Shown here piece by piece: positions 9,732-17,384 of a stretch of 32,000 nucleotides of DNA (positions are counted from its first letter, which is position 1; each line of letters begins with the position of its first letter). Made by a program: the position numbers and the translations under genes. Source of the DNA: Candidatus Saccharimonadota bacterium (GTDB lineage Bacteria > Patescibacteriota > Gracilibacteria > UBA4473). The stretch spans positions 30,001-62,000 of the forward strand of contig OZ245819.1 in the NCBI GenBank assembly GCA_965228485.1, given 5' to 3'. The notes beneath the pieces were generated by a model. That model was not told the DNA's origin and made no database searches. It saw only the letters and a program-made list of their open reading frames with translations.

Positions 9732-10127
9732 CTAAACAAGCAGTACGATTGTCTTGGTTGTTGGTGTAACGGCTTTATACACTACATCTGGCGGTGGATA
9801 ATACGCCTCATAGACTCCAGCCAGTGGTTTTAGTTCAATCTCAAAACTTTGCACCAGGTTTTCTGTGGTAAACTGAAGGTCTATGACTTTTACCAATACA
9901 TTTTCAACACTCGTGACAGCGTTTTCTTCCCAAGCTTCAAGAGCTGTTTCGCACATCTCACATGGTTCTTTGGCTTCATCTTCTTGTGCTACTTCTTGAT
10001 GACAAGGACTAGGCTGTGCGGCCATAGATTCTTGCACCGTGCCCATAAAACCCATACAACTCACACATAGAAGCATGGCGAGCTTGGTAGATAGGGCGGT
10101 TAGAGCAAAGGTTGTTTTCATCATCAA
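9732..10127 (-). CDS. secreted acidic protein with Cys/His cluster (possible metal-binding), unknown family
   Basis: N-terminal hydrophobic signal-like region, then PSPCHQEVAQEDEAKEPCEMCE. Located inside the metal-resistance operon. No family recognised. Confidence 0.5.
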   Translation of the reverse strand: MMMKTTFALTALSTKLAMLLCVSCMGFMGTVQESMAAQPSPCHQEVAQEDEAKEPCEMCETALEAWEENAVTSVENVLVKVIDLQFTTENLVQSFEIELKPLAGVYEAYYPPPDVVYKAVTPTTKTIVLLV

Positions 10128-10161
10128 CAGGCTGGAGGGTAAGGTTTTATTTGATTTTTGT

Positions 10162-11211
10162 CTAGTAGTACTGGTTTATAAGCCAAGCAATAAGAATTAC
10201 TTGAGGCAGAGTTATAAGAGGTAAAAACCACGCAATTCGCCAAGACTTAGTCGTGTCCTTAATAGACATAATTTCTGTGTAATCAGTTGAGACCCCTGTC
10301 ATAAGAAAAGCAAAGCCATTCCCAGGAGCATTAGCTCTAGTGACAATGTCAGCCGCTATCGGTGTTGAACCTTCACTACAAACTTCAAGTACGGTTGCCA
10401 CAAGGATTGTAAGTCCAAGCCCTGCTAAAGTCGGCCCAAAGGCTGTCTCAAAGTGTTCTGGACTCAAAAAGGTGCGAATCAAACTCGCAAGAATTACTCC
10501 AAAGAATACCCACTTAAGCACCATTTTGGACCCTCTGAATCCTGCGGTAAAAATGCTGGTAAAGAATGGAAGATTAAACCGGGTTTTCTTCCAATGCATT
10601 TTTACATTCGGCCAAAATCTAAAATCAGGATTTACTTCTAAATGATTCGGATTGGAGGGAAGCTTTTTAATTTTCACCAACCAATCAAATAAGACTCCAG
10701 AGATAAGGGCTATCACCATAGACAAAACTAGAAAAGCAAACATCCACTTAAAGCCAATAAGTGCCCACAAGATGAGTGTGAGAGAGAAAGAGTTCCACGG
10801 ACTGGCAATCAAAAAAGCCATTACTTGCCCAAGTCTTACCCCTCGTTCATAGAGTTTCATCCCTACCATAAGGATCCCATGAGAACAAAGATCTAGTAGT
10901 ACTCCTGCAAATACCGCACGCAAAATACCAGAAAGCCCTTTTCGCCCGAGGATTGATGTGACTAATTCTTTAGGGATTTTGTCTATCAACCCAACAAAAA
11001 TAATCCCTGCAACAATTCCCCAAGCCATTTTATTGAGAAGCTCAAAGCTAGACTCTGCGAATGTGGGGAGGTAAGAAATATGAGAAATTTGCTCTGAAAA
11101 CTGCCAAAAGAGTAAATAACAAACAGCTACTGTTCCAACACTGCCCCAAAGTAGCCAGTCAAATCTTGGCTTTTTATGTACATGGCAGGAAGTATGTTCT
11201 AGATGATCCAT
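10162..11211 (-). CDS. multi-pass permease of the DUF318/ArsP-like (UPF0718, 'SO_0444 Cu/Zn efflux'-like) type
   Basis: 349 aa with about 8 or more TM helices and an N-terminal HTSCHVH His/Cys motif. Sits 9 nt downstream of the CsoR-like gene. Family assignment is from overall architecture and context, not from a search. Confidence 0.7.
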   Translation of the reverse strand: MDHLEHTSCHVHKKPRFDWLLWGSVGTVAVCYLLFWQFSEQISHISYLPTFAESSFELLNKMAWGIVAGIIFVGLIDKIPKELVTSILGRKGLSGILRAVFAGVLLDLCSHGILMVGMKLYERGVRLGQVMAFLIASPWNSFSLTLILWALIGFKWMFAFLVLSMVIALISGVLFDWLVKIKKLPSNPNHLEVNPDFRFWPNVKMHWKKTRFNLPFFTSIFTAGFRGSKMVLKWVFFGVILASLIRTFLSPEHFETAFGPTLAGLGLTILVATVLEVCSEGSTPIAADIVTRANAPGNGFAFLMTGVSTDYTEIMSIKDTTKSWRIAWFLPLITLPQVILIAWLINQYY

Positions 11212-11220
11212 TATTTTTCT

Positions 11221-11496
11221 TTAAGAAGACCGATGGATAACTTTTACAAACTCATCAATAAAGGCATCTCGCTTTTCTTCGTCAGAATTGGCAAGGCATT
11301 TTTGACCACAGGTTTGCAGATGATTTTTCACCATAACACGGTTAAAGCCGTCAAAAAGACCTCTTCCTGCATTTCCTTGTTGAAGAACTTCCATACAGTA
11401 GGCATCTTCATCAACCATCTTTTCAAGGCGATCACAAAGCCCTCTAATCTTTTTCAGTGAAGTCTTAAGCGATTTTTTGTTATCGGAGGTAATCAT
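11221..11496 (-). CDS. csoR: CsoR/RcnR-family metal-sensing transcriptional repressor with Cu(I)-type C-H-C signature
   Basis: 91 aa. LKKIRGLCDRLEKMVDEDAYCMEVLQQ...KNHLQTC gives C34, H59 and C63. The spacing (25 and 4) is the same as the C36-H61-C65 Cu(I) ligands of M. tuberculosis CsoR. First gene of the metal operon. Confidence 0.85.
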   Translation of the reverse strand: MITSDNKKSLKTSLKKIRGLCDRLEKMVDEDAYCMEVLQQGNAGRGLFDGFNRVMVKNHLQTCGQKCLANSDEEKRDAFIDEFVKVIHRSS

Positions 11497-11513
11497 AAGA
11501 GTATTTTTAATGA

Positions 11514-11531
11514 CCTACACCATGGTATAGG
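11514..11531. promoter_or_regulatory. 18-bp near-palindrome cctacaccatggtatagg, candidate CsoR operator overlapping the putative promoter
   Basis: 16 of 18 positions are self-complementary, centred on CCATGG. It lies 18-35 nt upstream of the csoR start. On the minus strand a TTGACT hexamer sits about 16-17 nt upstream of a TACCAT inside the palindrome. Confidence 0.4.
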
Positions 11532-11557
11532 TATATAGGTTGAAGTCAAGACAAAGA

Positions 11558-11902
11558 TTATAGTCCCAGCTTTTTGAGTTCGTCATGAGCCATTCCAAAC
11601 ATGGATACAGAGGTTGATACCTCTACTTGGTTTTTCATGAGTCCTTTGATCTTAGCGGCTAATTCCAGTTCACCTCTTCGGCCACCCGGCTTGTTTACGA
11701 TGTCAAAGACAAGACTGGTGAGGATAAGTTCATCTGTGAGTCCACATTCATCACATAGCTCCCGAAAGCCTTTAGACTCAGTGAGCTTCTGTGGAGTCTT
11801 GGCAGTATTTGGACTATAGCCAGCATCTTTCATGGCTTGGCTTGCATTTCCACCATTTTCCACCATATTTTTGACGGCCGCTTTTTGTTTCTTGGTTACC
11901 AT
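11558..11902 (-). CDS. small HTH protein resembling the N-terminal DNA-binding part of phage terminase small subunits
   Basis: MVTKKQKAAVKNMVENGGNASQAMKDAGYSPNTAKTPQKL matches the 'KQ..F...Y...GNAT.A...AGYS..TA' pattern of Terminase_2-type small subunits. No other phage genes are nearby. Confidence 0.45.
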   Translation of the reverse strand: MVTKKQKAAVKNMVENGGNASQAMKDAGYSPNTAKTPQKLTESKGFRELCDECGLTDELILTSLVFDIVNKPGGRRGELELAAKIKGLMKNQVEVSTSVSMFGMAHDELKKLGL

Positions 11903-12263
11903 GCTTGAGCGTAAGATCTTTGTAAAAATAAGGTTCTAAGCTCCAACAAGATCCTGTACCAAAAATCACTTGTTCCCATGAGGGGCCAAGTGATTTTTAT
12001 TATTCTGGAATGAGAACTGTTTAAGGTTTGATAGCAATCCCAAATCTTTGGTTTGGTTCTGAAGGCTTGGGTGAGTTGAAAGCGAATAAGAAGGATCCTA
12101 TCGCGTATTAATTTCTAATAATTATTTTAGTTTTTTTGTCCTTGGAGAAACCCTTTAAAACTTAGGTTTTCTTTTTTTAATATTAACTTCTTATTAATAG
12201 TGTGAGTTGTTGGAAATATCAAGTTTGTGTTAGTCGTTTATTGCAAAATAACCTATTTATTTC

Positions 12264-12833
12264 ATGAAAAAATTTTTAAAGTCGTTTTCGGTTGTTGGGG
12301 GAATAGGCTTTGGTCTTGTTTTAGGTGTGTTTTTTACCACCACGGGGATGGCTCAGGAAAGTACCCAAGAAAATATTCTAATTCAGAAAATTGATGATTT
12401 AGTGACAGCCCTTCAGGGAGGATCAAATCAAATTCCAGATGAAAATGTTCAATTACAATCAGGTTTTGGCTTTATTGAGCCTAATTGTCTTCAAGATATT
12501 ACGACCTTACCAAAATCTCGATATAAAAAGGATTCAGATTGGGACATATCAAAACTTCCAGTCCCGACTAATTCATCCTCAAGTGAAAAACAGCATAATT
12601 TTTTAGACCTTAATGGAGATGGTCTCCTTGATGTCTTGTATTATAAAGCAAAAACAGGAGGAACCCCTAATTATATAAAATCTCAAGATGATTCCTCTAC
12701 AGGTAATTATTACTGGGCTTACGATACTTGTGTAATGCTTAATAATGGAGCAGGGTGGGACGTTGTTTACAGATGTTCGGTTTATGATTCCAGTTATAAA
12801 GTTTGGTTTTATGGAGACTGTGCGGATATCTAA
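12264..12833 (+). CDS. secreted mini-protein, paralog A, with a single FG-GAP/VCBS-like blade signature and 4 conserved Cys
   Basis: Signal peptide ending GMA|QE. Motifs LDLNGDGLLDVLYY, CVMLNNGAGWDVVYRC and C-terminal YGDCADI. The 5' ~120 nt and last ~30 nt are near-identical to the next gene. Confidence 0.7.
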   Translation: MKKFLKSFSVVGGIGFGLVLGVFFTTTGMAQESTQENILIQKIDDLVTALQGGSNQIPDENVQLQSGFGFIEPNCLQDITTLPKSRYKKDSDWDISKLPVPTNSSSSEKQHNFLDLNGDGLLDVLYYKAKTGGTPNYIKSQDDSSTGNYYWAYDTCVMLNNGAGWDVVYRCSVYDSSYKVWFYGDCADI

Positions 12834-12842
12834 TTTTTAAAT

Positions 12843-13442
12843 ATGAAAAAATTTTTAAAGTCGTTTTCGGTTGTTGGGGGAATAGTCTCTGGTCTTGTTT
12901 TAGGTATCTTTTTTACCACCACAGGGATGGCTCAGGAGAGTAGCCAAGAAAATGTTTTGATTCAGAAGATAGAGAGCTTAGTTGATTCTTTGAATAAACT
13001 CTCATCAGCTGCTTCTAATGATGAAAACACAAATGAATTAGGATTTCAGAATTATTTTGCTGATGTAGCAAATCCTTGGTGTACTGATGGTTATTTGTCT
13101 TGGCCTAGTTCTAGATTTAAAAAAGAAGATCGCCCTTGGAATATCGAATTTATGGTGGGGATACATCACCAATATAATAAATCGACACAAATGATTGATC
13201 TCAATGGAGATGGACTAATTGATTATTTTTATAGGGCGAATGCTTCTTCGTACCCCAAGCTAACGGATACATATGATGGGTACAATAATCAAATCCCGTT
13301 TAGAGAAGGGCATGAGGAATGTGTCTACCTGAATAATGGTAATGGGTGGGATCCTGTATATAGATGTGTGGCAAATACTGTCTATGATCAGTCAGCTAGT
13401 AAATATAATATTACTTACTACGGAGATTGTGCGGATATCTAA
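12843..13442 (+). CDS. secreted mini-protein, paralog B of the 12264-12833 gene
   Basis: Same signal peptide (first 43 nt identical). Motifs IDLNGDGLIDYFY, CVYLNNGNGWDPVYRC and YYGDCADI. The central region is divergent. 12 nt upstream of the RHS shell gene. Confidence 0.7.
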   Translation: MKKFLKSFSVVGGIVSGLVLGIFFTTTGMAQESSQENVLIQKIESLVDSLNKLSSAASNDENTNELGFQNYFADVANPWCTDGYLSWPSSRFKKEDRPWNIEFMVGIHHQYNKSTQMIDLNGDGLIDYFYRANASSYPKLTDTYDGYNNQIPFREGHEECVYLNNGNGWDPVYRCVANTVYDQSASKYNITYYGDCADI

Positions 13443-13454
13443 TTTTTTAAATTT

Positions 13455-16400
13455 ATGAAAAAGTTATTTCTCATTTACGTATTTTTACTACTTCCCCTTC
13501 AAGGTTTTGCTCAGGAAGCTGAATCAGAATCTTCGGAACCTGTGGAAGATCAGAATCTTGCTGAAGAAATTGTTGTAGAGCCAGAAATAGTACCTGATAC
13601 TCCAGGGATAAGTTTGCTGGCGTATCCGCCACCGCCTCCACCAGAACCACCCAAACCTATTCCACCAGACCCTTTGGCTATGATGAAGGGGTTTGGAGGA
13701 AAGTCTGATGTAGGGCTTTTTAGTGGGAGTTTGAATTTTGATTATCCTCTTTCTTTGCCCGCTGGACGAGTCGGAATGCAGCCCAGTTTGTCGCTTGTTT
13801 ACAGTAGTAATGAAAGAAAATTTGGTGGAATTACTGGATTTGGATGGGATATTCCAATGAGTCAGATTTATCGAAGTACAGAAAAAGGAATTGATAATCT
13901 TTACACTCAAGATGACTTTGTGGCGAGTGTAAATGGCCAAGCTTCGGAATTATTGCCGGTTGATTCTGTGAATAATTTGTATGGAGCGAAAATTGAATCT
14001 AATTTTACCAAATTTGAATTTACCAATGGTTATTGGCTTGCTACCGATACTAGAGGTTGGAAATATTATTTTGGTCAAACGATTGCTAGCCAACAAGTTG
14101 ATCCCAATGATAGTACTCGAGTCTATAAATGGTTAATTGATCGAGTAGAAGAACCCAATGGGAATTATATGACTTTTACCTACACGAAAGATCAAGGACA
14201 GATATATCCCGAAACAATTCGTTATACTGGACATGCTAATGTAGATGCAGGGAATTACGAAGTGAAGTTTGTACTTGCCAATCGACCAGCTTACACCGAA
14301 TACCAAAGAGGGTTTAGAGTGGTAACGGCTAAACAGATAAAAGAAATTGAGATTTATCACTATGATTCGGGAAGTCCCGTTTTGGTGAATGAGTATGTGC
14401 TTGATTATTTTTCTAAAAACAATGCGACTCAATTATTAACGGGGATTACTCAGCAAAAGGGGAGTAACATTTTGCCTTCGACAAACTTTGCTTATTTTGA
14501 TGGAACAGAATCTGAAACAAATAAAAAAATTAATCTTCTCAAAACTATTAACTATCCGTATGGGGGGATAGAAAATTTTACGTATAAACCTTCTACGGCC
14601 TATAAAGTTGGAAACGATTTAGCCAATAAAGTGCCGTTTGTAATTCATACTCTCTTTGAACGAAAATTACAGGCAGGGAGTACTGATCCAATCCATACTA
14701 CTCAGTATGAATATGAGGGAGGACACTACTATTATGATAATCTTGATGCTTATAAAAAAGAGTATGCAGGGTTTCATAAAGTAGCCGTGATTGATCCAGA
14801 GTTGAATGTTTCTCGACATTATTTTCATCAGAGTGAGTTTTCTTTTGATGGGAGTTTGATGGGAGAATATCAGGATAATATTGCTAAAAAAGGTCGTGAA
14901 TACCGCATTGATATTTTTAATGATAGTAACAATCTGTATCAGACAACTTGGCAAAAATGGGATAGGTTGGTGCTTACCGATGAGCATCCGACTAAAGAAC
15001 GAAATTTTGTGTTTTTATCAGAAACGGTAACTTCTGATTTTGACGGTGATGTCAATGCTCGTTCCCGAGCTAAAAGTTTCCTTTATGATGCATATGGGAA
15101 CGTCACAGAAGATAAGAATTTTGGCGAGGTGACGGTAAATGATGATGCAGGAAACTTTACTGATATTGGTTCTGATCTCACAAAAGAAGAAACTACTTAC
15201 GCTTACAATCCAACTGATTACTTAGTAGCGTTTCCAAAACAAATTGAGAGTTTTGACCAAAATAATACGGTTATAGCTTGGCAACGTCGTCACTATGATC
15301 TTCTGACTTGGGCGAATACAGATTCTCTAACAAAGGGTAATGAAACCACTCGAAGTATTCGTTATAAAACGAGTCCTGATGAAACCTATGAACTTGATTG
15401 GAACTACACATTAGAAGGGAATTTAGATTGGACGAAAGACGCATTAGATAACCAAACAACCTACGCGTATGACGCGAAGAAACTTCAGCCAACTCAGATT
15501 ACCAATGCCAAAAGTCAGGTGAGTCATTTAACTTATGATTACCGTTTTGGTCAGGTGTCTGAATCAGAAGATCCCAACGGACATAAATTTATTACGGTTT
15601 ATGATGATTTTGGTCGAGCAATTGAGACAAAAGTTACGAGTCCGAGTAATACAGCGATAGAGGTGACTCAGAGTCAGACTGTTTTTGATCTGGTGAATCA
15701 GCCTGTCTCTATTACGCAAAAACTCTTTACTCAAAATGCGGGTATTGTGGCGGAATCTATTAACTATTTGGATGGACTTGGAAGAGGGATTCAAACTCGA
15801 ACCGAAAGTGAAAGTCCAAACTTTGTCGTAAAAAATACGGTCTATGATAGCCGTGGAAATGTCGCAAAAGAAATACTCCCAGTTCATGCTTTGGGTAGCG
15901 CTTTTGAGACGATCGATGCTAATGGAGTGGGGAATAGTTTTGCCTATGATCCATTAGGGAGACAAACTCAGATTTCTAATGTGCTGGGAACGACCAATAT
16001 TGTTTATGATCAGTGGGAAGTTCAGACGACCGACAGTGAGAATAACCGTCGAGATTTACTTTATGATGGACGGGAAAGATTGGTTGGGGTTCGAGAATAT
16101 TTGGGAGGAACACCTTACACAACCGATTATGTTTATAACACTTTAGATCAGTTAATTCAGATCGAGGATGCTTTGGGGAATCAGAAAGATTTCACCTATA
16201 ACTTAGCGGGGTGGAAGTTATCGGAATCAGATTTTCATCGAGTGGTAGATACGACCGTAGGGATCAAAAACTTTACGTACGATCTTAATGGTGACTTACT
16301 TTCTCGTACCGATGCAAAAGCTCAAACGGTTAATTGGACGTACGATGAATTACGTAGAATTTTGACCGAAGACGATCCATCTGAAACAGGAATAGAAGTG

Positions 16401-17384
16401 ACCTATACTTATGATTCTGGAACGAATGGGATTGGTCGTTTATCGAGTATCGATGCACCAGATAGTGATAAAAATTTCACCTATGATAGTCTTGGAAGAG
16501 CGACTGAGATTCAACAAACAATTGATGGTCAGACCTTCAACCTGAACTTTACTTATGATCTTCTTGGGCAACCGTTAAACATAACCTATCCAAATGGAAA
16601 TGTGGCCAACTATACCTACAACTCGGCAGGACAACTCAGTGGTGTAAGCTCAGGTATTGACCCAGTGGTTTCGAATATTGACTACGCTCCAACGGGAAGT
16701 GTGAGTCAGATAGATTTTGCTAATGGGGTTACGACTCAGAATACCTATGATGTTAATCAGCTTTACCGATTAACTAACAAGCTCACTCAATACGGAACGA
16801 CTAAGTTACAAAATCTGGCTTACACTTATGATTCGGTGGGGAATATTACTCAGATTGTTGATGGGAGTGATACCAATACCGCGAAAACCACGATTTATAC
16901 TTACGATGATCTCTATCGATTGATTCAGGCGGTTGTGAGTAATAGCGCGAATAATACCGACTACAGTCGGACTTATACCTACGACATTATTGGAAATATG
17001 TTAACTCGTTCAGATGTGGGAAGTTATAGTTATGCGGGGAATGTGAGTAGCACTTCGAGTGGTACAAATGCAACTCCGCATGCTGTAACCGATGTGGCTG
17101 GAACGACATACCTCTATGATGACAATGGAAACCTGGTTTCTGATAGCGTATGGACTCATGCTTGGGATTATCAGGATAGACTGGAAAGTTCTACGAATGG
17201 AACCGATACGATTAATTATCAGTACGATGAAACTCGTGATCGAGTACTCAAGCATAACACGGTTACTGGTAAGAAAACCTACTACATTGATAAATACTAT
17301 GATCTAGAAGATACCACGGCAAAAGCTCATATTTTTGCAGGGAATACGAAAATTGCGACTCATAAAACTGACATGACTCAATAA
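13455..17384 (+). CDS. secreted RHS/YD-repeat shell protein with N-terminal SpvB/TcdB-N-type domain (TcB-like), lacking the conserved RHS C-terminal core
   Basis: Signal peptide and a poly-Pro linker (PPPPPPEPPKPIPPDP). SpvB-type motif GSLNFDYPLSLPAGRVGMQPSLSLVYSSNERKFGGITGFGWDIPMSQIYRSTEKG. TcdB-mid-like YKWLIDRVEEPNGNYMTFTYT...IRYTG. Many YD repeats (YDAYGN, YDSRGN, YDPLGR, YDSLGR, YDSVGN, YDDNGN) from ~15078 to ~17325. Ends ...HIFAGNTKIATHKTDMTQ at TAA 17382-17384. Confidence 0.9.
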   Translation: MKKLFLIYVFLLLPLQGFAQEAESESSEPVEDQNLAEEIVVEPEIVPDTPGISLLAYPPPPPPEPPKPIPPDPLAMMKGFGGKSDVGLFSGSLNFDYPLSLPAGRVGMQPSLSLVYSSNERKFGGITGFGWDIPMSQIYRSTEKGIDNLYTQDDFVASVNGQASELLPVDSVNNLYGAKIESNFTKFEFTNGYWLATDTRGWKYYFGQTIASQQVDPNDSTRVYKWLIDRVEEPNGNYMTFTYTKDQGQIYPETIRYTGHANVDAGNYEVKFVLANRPAYTEYQRGFRVVTAKQIKEIEIYHYDSGSPVLVNEYVLDYFSKNNATQLLTGITQQKGSNILPSTNFAYFDGTESETNKKINLLKTINYPYGGIENFTYKPSTAYKVGNDLANKVPFVIHTLFERKLQAGSTDPIHTTQYEYEGGHYYYDNLDAYKKEYAGFHKVAVIDPELNVSRHYFHQSEFSFDGSLMGEYQDNIAKKGREYRIDIFNDSNNLYQTTWQKWDRLVLTDEHPTKERNFVFLSETVTSDFDGDVNARSRAKSFLYDAYGNVTEDKNFGEVTVNDDAGNFTDIGSDLTKEETTYAYNPTDYLVAFPKQIESFDQNNTVIAWQRRHYDLLTWANTDSLTKGNETTRSIRYKTSPDETYELDWNYTLEGNLDWTKDALDNQTTYAYDAKKLQPTQITNAKSQVSHLTYDYRFGQVSESEDPNGHKFITVYDDFGRAIETKVTSPSNTAIEVTQSQTVFDLVNQPVSITQKLFTQNAGIVAESINYLDGLGRGIQTRTESESPNFVVKNTVYDSRGNVAKEILPVHALGSAFETIDANGVGNSFAYDPLGRQTQISNVLGTTNIVYDQWEVQTTDSENNRRDLLYDGRERLVGVREYLGGTPYTTDYVYNTLDQLIQIEDALGNQKDFTYNLAGWKLSESDFHRVVDTTVGIKNFTYDLNGDLLSRTDAKAQTVNWTYDELRRILTEDDPSETGIEVTYTYDSGTNGIGRLSSIDAPDSDKNFTYDSLGRATEIQQTIDGQTFNLNFTYDLLGQPLNITYPNGNVANYTYNSAGQLSGVSSGIDPVVSNIDYAPTGSVSQIDFANGVTTQNTYDVNQLYRLTNKLTQYGTTKLQNLAYTYDSVGNITQIVDGSDTNTAKTTIYTYDDLYRLIQAVVSNSANNTDYSRTYTYDIIGNMLTRSDVGSYSYAGNVSSTSSGTNATPHAVTDVAGTTYLYDDNGNLVSDSVWTHAWDYQDRLESSTNGTDTINYQYDETRDRVLKHNTVTGKKTYYIDKYYDLEDTTAKAHIFAGNTKIATHKTDMTQ

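Noticed and set aside
11558-11902. A terminase-small-subunit-like gene as evidence of a prophage.
   Set aside because: It is a single 114-aa HTH protein with no large terminase, portal, capsid or integrase gene in the window. It is more likely a domesticated or standalone DNA-binding protein.
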